A stretch of 64,000 bases of DNA. It comes from a virus. Where the stretch lies: positions 44,298 to 108,297 of IMG/VR virus record IMGVR_UViG_3300011114_000773; one strand, given 5' to 3'. Made by a program: the position numbers and the translations under genes. The notes below the pieces were generated by a model. It ran no database searches and was not told where the DNA came from. It saw only the letters and a program-made list of their open reading frames with translations. Of the stretch, positions 10,000 to 19,800 are shown in pieces. Positions within the stretch are counted from its first letter, which is position 1, and every line of letters begins with the position of its first letter.

Positions 10000-12545
10000 T
10001 TGATTTTGACAGTAACTTCTCGGAGATTCCATATAGCCCTACTGGCGTCAGATTGCCGGAAATCTCCATTTCAGAAAAGCACCTAACGCTCGTCGGCCTA
10101 AAGATGGGGGATTCTAATTACGATTTCCTTCGTGCTATATGCTTGACTGGTTTCAAATCTCTTAACCTGAAAAAGACAGACGCAAAATATGCGATTTATA
10201 CAGACAGGGTAAAATACGAACTCAGTATTTTCAAAGACTTAGGCTTTGTTGACTATGTCCTCATGGTTTGGGACGTGATTAATTACTGCAAAGAGAACTC
10301 TATTCCCGTGGGTCCGGGAAGAGGAAGCGCGTGCGGCTCTCTAGTTCTCTATTTAATCGGAGTAACGAAAATTGACCCTATTAGATATGACTTATTCTTT
10401 GAGAGATTCGTTTCAAAGACAAGGGCAAAAAAGACAGTCGTCGATGGCGTGACATATCTCGATGGTTCATTGATGTGCGACGTTGACATGGATATCTGTT
10501 ATTATCGGCGTCAAGAGGTATTAGCCTATATAGACCAGAGATACTCTGGAAAGACCGCTAAAATCTTGACCTTTAATACTCTAAGTAGCAAAATCTTAGT
10601 TAAGGAAGTCGGAAAAACTGTCGGTAGCAAGGCAGACTCGGACATGACCAAAGTGACCGCGATGATTCCAAAGACTTTCGGAATTGTGGCGGATTTGCCG
10701 CAGGCATATAAAGAGGTCGCGGAATTCAAGACGTGGTGCGACGAAAATCCATTGATATTTCAGATTAGTCAAAAACTTCACGGCCTGATTAAGAACAAAG
10801 GCGTTCATCCATCTGGTGTACTAGTCTCTTACGAAAAACTCGAAGACTCATGCCCCACGGAATTGACTTCAGACAAGGCGGAAGTCTCGTCTGTCGATAT
10901 GTCATGGGTTTCCGTCGCTAACGTCAAGCTGGACGTTCTGGGACTTAGGAGCGTATCTGTGGTGAATGACGTTTGTAAATCCGTCGGGATAGAGATGAAG
11001 GACATCGACCTAAATGACTCGTTGATATATCTTAGCCTTCAAGATTTGAAAACTCCTCACGGACTTTTCCAAATTGAAGCGGACTTGGCATTTGAAGTGC
11101 TTAAGAAAGTCATGCCTCGAAGTCTTGAACAACTAAGCGACGTGCTAGCACTTGCTAGACCCGGTGCTATGGCGCACATTGACCAATATGCCGCCTATTC
11201 CAATAACGGAGTCTATGATGCGGAAAATCCATTCTTTGACGATATTCTAAAGCCTACAGGTGGAATTTGTCTTTATCAAGAGCAGTTGATGAGGATGGTA
11301 AATAAAATTGGATTCAGCCTTGAGGATTCAGAGCAAGTCCGCCGATGCGTCGGCAAGAAAAAGGTAGAGGAGATGGCCCTTTGGGAAGAGAAGATTAGCA
11401 ACAAGATTACTGAAAAAGGTCTGGACCCTAAGATTGGTAAAACGCTTTGGGATATTGCTAAGGCCTCTGCTAATTACCAGTTCTGCAAAAGCCATAGCGT
11501 AGCTTATGCGGCGCTTTCTGCGCTAACTATTTATCTTAAGTTCAAATATCCCCAGCAGTTCTTTCTGTCTCTTCTTAAAATGACGAAGAATGAACCCGAC
11601 CCAGTTCAAGAAATTTACAAGATTCAAAAGGAGATGTCTTCGTTTGGAATGAGACTTCTTCGTCCCGACCTTCTTAAGTCGGAAATGCAGTTCAGTATAG
11701 TAGGAAAAGACATCAGATTCGGACTCATGTCTGTAAAAGGAATCTCTGAAGGCTCTTTAGACTCACTGCTTAAGTTCCGCACGGAATGCGGCGGGAAGCA
11801 GATGGACAAATTTGAACTATATGAGTGCGCGAATAAGGCTAAGATTAATGTCGGCGTGCTGAGTTCTCTAATTCAAGCCGGTTGCTTTGAAACTAACGGA
11901 ACTAGTCGCAGCTATGCCGTGTATCAGGCGCAGTTGTGGGGGCAGCTTACCGATAGAGAGAAAGTCATCGCAAAAACTATCGGCGAAAAGCACGAATTCA
12001 ATTTAGCGAAGACTCTCGGAGCCATGAAGACAATGAAGACTGCCACCGGCAAAGAGGTTCTTAAAGAAACTCGCGTCGCTACGATTACGAAGGACTGTCG
12101 TAAATACGCAGATATTTTTGAAATAAACAAGAAGAACGAACCGATAGCTAACTGGTGGTACGAGACTAAACTACTAGGCTATTCTTTTTCTAGTTCGCTA
12201 AAGAGTATTTATAGCGAGCAGCTAGAAAACTTTATGACCGTAAAAGAGGCGAAGTCCGCTCGTCAGCGGAGCACAGTTTATTTTGGTGGACTTATTTTTG
12301 AGAAAAGCATTAACGGCCAATCTAAAAAAGGCTCGAAATACATCAAAATGTTTCTCCGGGATGAGACGGAGCAAATCGTAGTAATGGTATTCAATGAGAG
12401 AGCAGAAGCTCTCGTCTCTGTTCCTGCTATTGACGATTTAGTACTGATAAAAGGAACAATACAGGATGGAGGGGTAGTTTTCGCCGACATCGTCGCTCCT
12501 CAGTCAGCTAAGATATACACAAAACTCTGTCAGCTAAAAGGCTAA
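9996..12545 (+). CDS. dnaE: DNA polymerase III alpha catalytic part lacking PHP (start ATG 9996, ATGA overlap)
   Basis: GPGRGSACGSLV, FERF, DVDMD, HPSGV, KLDVLGL, LYQEQ, FCKSHS; C-terminal OB fold. Confidence 0.93.
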   Translation: MIDFDSNFSEIPYSPTGVRLPEISISEKHLTLVGLKMGDSNYDFLRAICLTGFKSLNLKKTDAKYAIYTDRVKYELSIFKDLGFVDYVLMVWDVINYCKENSIPVGPGRGSACGSLVLYLIGVTKIDPIRYDLFFERFVSKTRAKKTVVDGVTYLDGSLMCDVDMDICYYRRQEVLAYIDQRYSGKTAKILTFNTLSSKILVKEVGKTVGSKADSDMTKVTAMIPKTFGIVADLPQAYKEVAEFKTWCDENPLIFQISQKLHGLIKNKGVHPSGVLVSYEKLEDSCPTELTSDKAEVSSVDMSWVSVANVKLDVLGLRSVSVVNDVCKSVGIEMKDIDLNDSLIYLSLQDLKTPHGLFQIEADLAFEVLKKVMPRSLEQLSDVLALARPGAMAHIDQYAAYSNNGVYDAENPFFDDILKPTGGICLYQEQLMRMVNKIGFSLEDSEQVRRCVGKKKVEEMALWEEKISNKITEKGLDPKIGKTLWDIAKASANYQFCKSHSVAYAALSALTIYLKFKYPQQFFLSLLKMTKNEPDPVQEIYKIQKEMSSFGMRLLRPDLLKSEMQFSIVGKDIRFGLMSVKGISEGSLDSLLKFRTECGGKQMDKFELYECANKAKINVGVLSSLIQAGCFETNGTSRSYAVYQAQLWGQLTDREKVIAKTIGEKHEFNLAKTLGAMKTMKTATGKEVLKETRVATITKDCRKYADIFEINKKNEPIANWWYETKLLGYSFSSSLKSIYSEQLENFMTVKEAKSARQRSTVYFGGLIFEKSINGQSKKGSKYIKMFLRDETEQIVVMVFNERAEALVSVPAIDDLVLIKGTIQDGGVVFADIVAPQSAKIYTKLCQLKG

Positions 12546-15500
12546 TATAGGCCTTTGTTATACTCTGTCCAGGTTATACCTTTGGGTATAAGCGTTCCCA
12601 CGTTCGGTTGCGGGTATCTCCAGACAGGAATAACTGACTCTGAAAACCGTGAGTCTCCAGAAGCGGCTGTGAACTCGGCGTCATAATATTGTTTTTGGGC
12701 GCTAACTTCATATAATTTGCTGATAATCGGATTAACTGTGTTATCTGCTAGAGACTGCCCTTGACATGCGCTATAAAGCATGGTCGTCTCTGGCAGCATT
12801 TTGCCGTCTGGAAGCGTCACTCCGTCATACGATGGCATCACTTTTGCGTTAAGATATGCGTAATCGCTAATCGCGCCGACAATGTATTTATTATAGTTCT
12901 TTTCGTTAGTGTTTACCTCTGCGAAAGACTCGTCTGTCAAATATTTTACGTTTTCTCCAGTTACTTCTAGCTGCCTAGAAGGGGCGTATTGTAACTCGCA
13001 ATTCGCAGGAATGGATACCTGATATCCGTGCTCAATCATAGTATTGGACAGGAATTGAGGATATAGAGAGTTCTCCTTGACGACATCCCCTACCGAGATA
13101 TCTTTCAGGAACAGCCCCTCGGAGAGTACTGGGCGTTCCTTGATATTCTCATATTTTAGAACTCCAGTTATTAAGCAGTTTCCTGTCGGCATCACCAAAT
13201 CTTCAACATCGTATGGAGGATTGCCGTATCCTGACCAATTTATGTTCGACACGATAACTTCTATTTTACACTGCTGTCTCCAGTAGTATATCTCTCCGGT
13301 ATGAGTCGCTTGCCAGCCTGTTACAGAAACTCCCGTTCCCCAATCCGAACCGGACGGAATTTTGTATAAAATTCCAGTCTCCATTGTCCCTGTATATGAG
13401 AATATCTGGTTTTCATAGTTGAACGGTCCCGAAGTCTCTCGGGCAAATCCAGAACGAAAATATCCAGTTTCATCCAAAAATGAAGAAGCCGTTTTCTTTC
13501 CAGAGTATCCTCCGGGAAAATATTCCAAGGCGGCAAAGTGGAATCCGAATCCAGTAGGCTTCATGTCCGCTATAATTATCCGGTTGTCTTTGGCTGGTTC
13601 TCTTTTATGGCCAGCACTGAACATGCTGTCCCAATGGTAATGCCCATATCCATATCGGATAGAGTCAACAGTCTTGTCCCCACTGTAGAACCCCATCCAA
13701 CTGTCCCCTACTAGGCCACTCGGTCCCGTAGGATGCCGAGAACCATTTAGCTGCTCATCGGCAGAGTAGTTATCGGTTATTCCGCTAAAATTTCCGACTC
13801 TCTTTAAGTACAATGGGTCAGAGCCAGCATATCCATATCCGCGTTCTGGATTAGACTGGTTTTCTTCGTATAGATTACGAGAGATTGAAAATGCAGAATA
13901 CACGCTCTCTGCGTCAAACGAAGAAGTCTCCAATCTGTATCCCGGCATCACGTAAGAACCCGTAATAGGAATTGTATATCCGGTATATCGAGAAAACAAG
14001 CCTACTGGATTCTTAGTAGATGTCGCTGCATAATCTGGACCATACCACCCATATCCAACTATATGAGTATGGCCGACTATGAAAGCGCCGGTATCTCTTA
14101 GTCCGAAGTCAGAAGCGACAACCGCGTTCGTGCCCGAATATTTTCCTATTTCGTCAGACAGAAATCCCTGTATGTAGTTAGGAGGACTATCATATATAAA
14201 AGGATTAGAACCCGAGTCGGCCATGACAAAGACATTAGAGTATATCTGATTAATGGGCTGCGAGAAGTTTTCATCTACGGCATGACTCGGCGTAGAAGAA
14301 TTAGCTGTATCGAACAATATCGAATTAGGATTGACTGGATAGTTATAAGTATTTAATCCTCCACCAGCATCATAAGCCTGACGTTTATAGAATTCTCTTT
14401 TGGCATATTGTCTTATCGTCAGATTATATGTAACCTTATGAGGAAATCCTATTTCTTTAGGGAATCCCTTTCCGCTATATTCTTCGATAAGGTCTGCCTT
14501 TCCAAATTTTGTCAGGAATACATTATTACCCTTATTCTCGAAAGAATCAAGACCCTCCGTGTCTGATTTATAAATCTCCCCTCCAAACATCTGTTCTGCT
14601 GCTGGATACAAGAACCTCTTCTTAGCAGTGGCAAATGGTCCTCTAAAGTAGCGCGGAAATGAGTTTTCTCTCTTTTGTGTCTTTATCACGGGATACCAAC
14701 CGGAGGACAGAAGACCAATGGAGTGCGGAGTTTTGGCAAATCCGTCTTCCGGTCCGATAAACGGAAATACTGTATTGCCAGCTATTGATGAAGACAGCCC
14801 ACTGTCAAATCCGCTATATAGGTATTCTCCAGTGCCGTCATAGGCATACAGCAGGCTTATCGGAATCTCGCCATATAGCTCATGCGCCCATCCCACAAGC
14901 ATTCTATCTTCTATTTGTGGCGACCCGATTATAGCTCCAGAAGACGATAGACTTCCATACCCGTCCAGAGCAGCATTACCCCAAACATAATCCGGTATTT
15001 CGGAGTAGCCTTTTGCTATTAGATAGTTTCCTAACTGCGAAGAATTTACGGTAGCGAACGGAATAGCTCCACCCGAAAATAAAAATCCAGAGTGGATATA
15101 CCCATTATTTGATATCCCGTATTCCGATAGAGAAGCCTTTTCCATTCCATTCCCCATGCCCAGACAAAGGCTCTCTATAATCCCAGAATAATCTTCTGAG
15201 CGGATAATCCCGGTTGATGGGATATTATATCCGAACACTACCTCTGGTTGTATAGGTTCGTCTGGTTGATAGAAATTTTGATTTTCAAAAGATTCTGAAG
15301 CGCCGCTGGAAATTCCCATGAAGGTCGTTCTATTCCCTAAGTATCCGAATTCTGTTGCGGAAATTCCAAAGCGTAATCTTAATCCAGCATACCGGCTAGC
15401 AGTTTCGCTCTGGAAGTCCTCCTCCACGACTATATATGGATAATCACATTTTGTACTACGCTGCGGCGGACCAGCAATTCCGCTATTGCTATTGTCCAAA

Positions 15501-16819
15501 TCAATCATGGACAATTTGGAAAAGTTCATGGCCGTCTGGCACATTCTCTCAGAAGGGACTACCGGATTAGAGATTATTGATGATAGCCGTCCAGACCAGT
15601 TATTTATATTTAGCTGGATTGGGACTATTTTAAATCCTGTATGGCCGGTAACTACATTGTATATCTCGTGTGCTACATTAGTAAATGGATATCTTCCGTA
15701 TCCGCTTAGGGAATAACCTACTCTTCCGCTATTGTAATTTCCTACATGCTGCTCGACAATATTTCCCCCGATAGGTTGTTGAAGAATCTCCCGCTGAAAT
15801 GGGGCGACGAACTCTCCCAACGCAGAATCTACGGTAACACCAGCCCCTTCTATTCCGTTCATTTCAATTCCATCAAAACTAGAGAGGACATTAGTATTAC
15901 CAGAGTAGGAGCTTCCTGATAAATGCTGCTTATCCCTGTTATGAAATACATCACCGATAGTAGTCTCAGACCACTCTCCACTAGAGTATGGGCCATCGTT
16001 GAATCTCCTGAAAAATTGCGTTCCTGTAATTGGGTTAATCGCCCTCTCTTTCTCAATACAAGGTAAAACGCGGGGAATTGTGTGAAAATATCTACCAACC
16101 ACGGCTATATGATTCGTGGGATAGATAGGAACATCAATATACTCACAAAATGGGACTCCGTCCCAAGGTTTGGCCGAATAGACGAGTTCTCCGCTAACTG
16201 AATATTCCTGCGATGCCGAATCCTTTGCTTTTACTAGATTCGTCTTTGAACTAAAGCTGTCTGACAAGTCATAATATCTAAAGTATATAGCGGGAGATTC
16301 TATTATTTTTTCAGACTGCTCGTATATAGTGTCAAGGACGGACTGATAGTTGAGTCCAGTGATAGCCTCCACGGCTGCGCGGGAAAAAGGTTCTCCATTC
16401 GGCCCACTGCCAAGAAAATAGTTCAGATGGTCGTATCCTTTGTATAAAAATCCAGTAAAAGACTGGTAGCTTAGGCCAGCGGATAGAGAGCCGAGAGCCA
16501 TCGCCGCCGTCATGGTGGAATAGACGCTCTTGGTAGTAGATGAATATGAATATAAATAGTCAGTAGTTATCTGCTCTTCAATTGCGTGAAAATCTGAACC
16601 ATTTTCAAGGCCGACTATGCTGTTCAATCCAGTATTTCCCGCAAGGTGTAGAGAGTATATTTCGTCTGCCGAGCCGATTTTCCCTAATCCGTTAAGACAC
16701 GCCCTACAAACAGAGAGGTCTAAGCCATCTAGCGACAAACTCTTTTTGCGAAATCTAGCTATCGCTATATTAATAGCAAATGATGCTGCGATTTTTAATT
16801 GTGGGTCAAGTACTGACAT
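12542..16819 (-). CDS. Large putative virion/tail-tip protein (1425 aa)
   Basis: Long ORF rich in G/S/Y/T; co-oriented with the structural block; no recognised motif. Confidence 0.6.
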   Translation of the reverse strand: MSVLDPQLKIAASFAINIAIARFRKKSLSLDGLDLSVCRACLNGLGKIGSADEIYSLHLAGNTGLNSIVGLENGSDFHAIEEQITTDYLYSYSSTTKSVYSTMTAAMALGSLSAGLSYQSFTGFLYKGYDHLNYFLGSGPNGEPFSRAAVEAITGLNYQSVLDTIYEQSEKIIESPAIYFRYYDLSDSFSSKTNLVKAKDSASQEYSVSGELVYSAKPWDGVPFCEYIDVPIYPTNHIAVVGRYFHTIPRVLPCIEKERAINPITGTQFFRRFNDGPYSSGEWSETTIGDVFHNRDKQHLSGSSYSGNTNVLSSFDGIEMNGIEGAGVTVDSALGEFVAPFQREILQQPIGGNIVEQHVGNYNSGRVGYSLSGYGRYPFTNVAHEIYNVVTGHTGFKIVPIQLNINNWSGRLSSIISNPVVPSERMCQTAMNFSKLSMIDLDNSNSGIAGPPQRSTKCDYPYIVVEEDFQSETASRYAGLRLRFGISATEFGYLGNRTTFMGISSGASESFENQNFYQPDEPIQPEVVFGYNIPSTGIIRSEDYSGIIESLCLGMGNGMEKASLSEYGISNNGYIHSGFLFSGGAIPFATVNSSQLGNYLIAKGYSEIPDYVWGNAALDGYGSLSSSGAIIGSPQIEDRMLVGWAHELYGEIPISLLYAYDGTGEYLYSGFDSGLSSSIAGNTVFPFIGPEDGFAKTPHSIGLLSSGWYPVIKTQKRENSFPRYFRGPFATAKKRFLYPAAEQMFGGEIYKSDTEGLDSFENKGNNVFLTKFGKADLIEEYSGKGFPKEIGFPHKVTYNLTIRQYAKREFYKRQAYDAGGGLNTYNYPVNPNSILFDTANSSTPSHAVDENFSQPINQIYSNVFVMADSGSNPFIYDSPPNYIQGFLSDEIGKYSGTNAVVASDFGLRDTGAFIVGHTHIVGYGWYGPDYAATSTKNPVGLFSRYTGYTIPITGSYVMPGYRLETSSFDAESVYSAFSISRNLYEENQSNPERGYGYAGSDPLYLKRVGNFSGITDNYSADEQLNGSRHPTGPSGLVGDSWMGFYSGDKTVDSIRYGYGHYHWDSMFSAGHKREPAKDNRIIIADMKPTGFGFHFAALEYFPGGYSGKKTASSFLDETGYFRSGFARETSGPFNYENQIFSYTGTMETGILYKIPSGSDWGTGVSVTGWQATHTGEIYYWRQQCKIEVIVSNINWSGYGNPPYDVEDLVMPTGNCLITGVLKYENIKERPVLSEGLFLKDISVGDVVKENSLYPQFLSNTMIEHGYQVSIPANCELQYAPSRQLEVTGENVKYLTDESFAEVNTNEKNYNKYIVGAISDYAYLNAKVMPSYDGVTLPDGKMLPETTMLYSACQGQSLADNTVNPIISKLYEVSAQKQYYDAEFTAASGDSRFSESVIPVWRYPQPNVGTLIPKGITWTEYNKGLY

Positions 16820-16838
16820 TATCTATTATAGTGTTTGG

Positions 16839-19800
16839 CTAAAGAGACGCAAAGACATTGTAGTTAGCTGCGGTTAGCCCATTTATCAATACCGCTGGGG
16901 TAGTATTCCCCCCGACATGGAGCGTCGGTGTATTATAATTACAATGGTCAGCTCCTCCCTGTTCGCATGGACTTATAGAAAAATCAATCCTAGAGGTTCT
17001 TCTCAGAGTGGCTAGTGAATTAAAAGGAGTGGCAAGGTTATTCGCGGCAAATGTTGTATTCTTAAGGGCAGTCGCATAAGGCGTATTTGCTGGGCCACGC
17101 AGAATTGTAACCAGCCCCCCAGCAGCCGTTGACGCTACAAAATCATCATGCTTTCCGTCCTGAGTAAGAATGACTTTGTACTTAGATAAGCCTCCAGCCG
17201 AAGACATAGATGACATATTAGACATATTAGTCAGCTTTTTTCCTCCCGGTAAAAATCCATGACTATATCTCATACTTAGGCAGGGGTCAAAGCACTTGCC
17301 ACCACGAACGCCCTGTTTGGTGCAGTAATATTCTCCCCCATCAAATAAATTAGTAGAGCTGATATCGTAATAAGCGCATCTAGCTATGTATCCATTAGGG
17401 TCAATTCCAGCAGTATTAACTACTCCACCGTTAAATATAGCCCCGACTTGATTGGACACGAATTCACAATTAGCTCTTACGTCTCCATATCCATAAGCTT
17501 CCCCCGGACCCTCTGAGCGGCCCAAATACATTCTTCTAACAGAGCGATGAGGAAAAGCCAAGCCCCTGATTATTTTTATATTATCAATAGTGGCCATGCG
17601 AGTTGCATTCGAGTCGTTCTTGAAATACAAACCGTAAATAGCAGCAGCGTCATACATTAGTGAATATTTTTGACCCCATCCCATTGAATAGAATCCCTGT
17701 GAGATTCCGTTACCTAGCCTATCTCTATTATGGCGCATAACTTTCCATTGGTATGCGTATGGCCCATACATTGATTTCCTTGTCAAGTAAGTATCGCTCG
17801 GCTGACCAATCCATGCGTACTGAAATGGAGCGTCTCCTTGGCGGAGTCCGGGCGCAATAAATCCCTTATTCGGGACGTTATATTTAGCCTTTGCATCGCA
17901 TAGAATATAGAATCTATCGAATGCTTCCACGAAGTACAGCATTTTTCTTCCAAGACTAGGCTCTACATAGCCACAGTTAGGGCCAGCTAGAGTGTCTGGG
18001 CGGACTACAGTATTTTGTACATAATCAAATGCGTAGCGTGCCATCGCCTGATTTGCCGCGCTTATGTCGTTGACAAATACGAAATCACTTCCCCATACGG
18101 AAGAGTTCATAGCCTCATATCTTGTATAAGCCCCAAATCTTCTAACCGGACCTAGGTTTTGATGAAACTGCCAAGAGGTAGAAACACCCATCTTTATTTC
18201 GTGATTGATATTGTATAGTTGACCCACATGGTCAATATTCGGTACGGGATAGGTATACCCCGGCGGCTGCTTCATCGGAGAAGGGGGATTGGTAAGACCT
18301 ATTTCTGCCGGATTAGTTATGCTCTTATGCTTTACCGCTATTCCATTAATTTGGGCTTCTATCCTAACTCCTTTTCTTCCAATGGGCATTTGATAATTTG
18401 AGCACACTGGTAAATGAGAATGACCATATACAGCTCCACCAATTTTATCAGAAAGGTCTAGCTTATATTGCAGCAATTCTCCATAGTCAACAGGTCTGTG
18501 GTTCATCGCCTTTAGCCCGCGAGTGTCTTCTATAGTTTCCGGCTCGTATGAGCGCAAAACCCCACGAAATCCATCAGAACCGTCAAATCCGAATCCTATA
18601 TTTTGCCCTCCCCCATTTCTGATATATTTTTTTCTAACCATCACCTCTTCTGGAATTGTATAGGCGTCCTGAGCTAATCCATGATACGCGGCGAGTATTG
18701 GAGAACCCTGAATAGAAAATGACTGCGAGATAGCCGTCCCATCCTGCAAAAATCCATTTGATACAGTGCTGTCGATTTTCATTGAAAGAGTCGGATTAAG
18801 AACCGTTCCTCCTCCATTAATGAACGCAATGTCTGTAAGTATGAATTTATCAGCCTCTACAGCGAGCAAGTCACTTCCTCGTATCCCATATCTGCCAGAA
18901 GCGATACAAAAATAAAAATACGAACTAGCATCCGCCGACTTAATCCCTTGGATATAGGAATAGTTGTCTCTATTCGGACCATTGTAGCCGACAGTTGTTC
19001 CATTTTCAGCGACGCATTCCGCTGGATGAATAAATGTACAATTCGGTCCGCTATTGTTTTCTAAACATCCCCATGCCGAACTAGCGCCGACTCCCGCATA
19101 ACTTATTTGGCTATGGGAGTAGTCCCCTTTCAGATATTCTCCAGTGTATGAGACATGAACTCTTCCCCAAGTATATTTCATTGGATAGAGATATCGGTTC
19201 GTTTTAGAAAGTAGCTTGAGCTTATGCGCCCAATAGTATATTTCTGGATGACGAACGCCTATTTTATCTTCTGGAATTGTATGATAATCAACGGCGTGCG
19301 CTCGGAAAGTCGGAGACTGTCCTATCTTGCAAAATGTATTTTTAGGCTGCTGTAGAAGTATCGGAGTGAAGCAGGAGAAGTTTCCATCTAGTTTTCCAAT
19401 TTCGTTATAACCCAACGCTCTCCAAGTATTAACGATTGGAGACGCCGCCAATGTCGTCCTGTCAACCATCATTCCGTCCAGCACAGAAATCATAAGGCCT
19501 TTTGGACCCATTTTTCCACAGCTCTCATTACAGAACATCGAACCTAGCGTGAAATTACTACCCGCCGTAGGATTATCGTCAAGAGAGTTAGGATGCGCGA
19601 TTTTATAATTCGCGTATAGCTCCATAAGACCAGTAAGTCCGGCTCGTTTCCCGAATGTCCCCTCGAAATATCTTCTTGGCACCTCTGGTAACTGTAGGCT
19701 ATTCGGGCCAAATGTAGATGCGCTAATAGAGCCTTCTGCCTTTCTTCCCCATAGGGGCGACGCCTCATAGCTCAATCGACTATCAAATGAATAAACGATG

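Noticed and set aside
8061-10100. Split intein in the divided dnaE
   Set aside because: No ~100-aa Cys-initiated IntN after the PHP domain and no HN-C/S/T IntC at the start of the catalytic gene.
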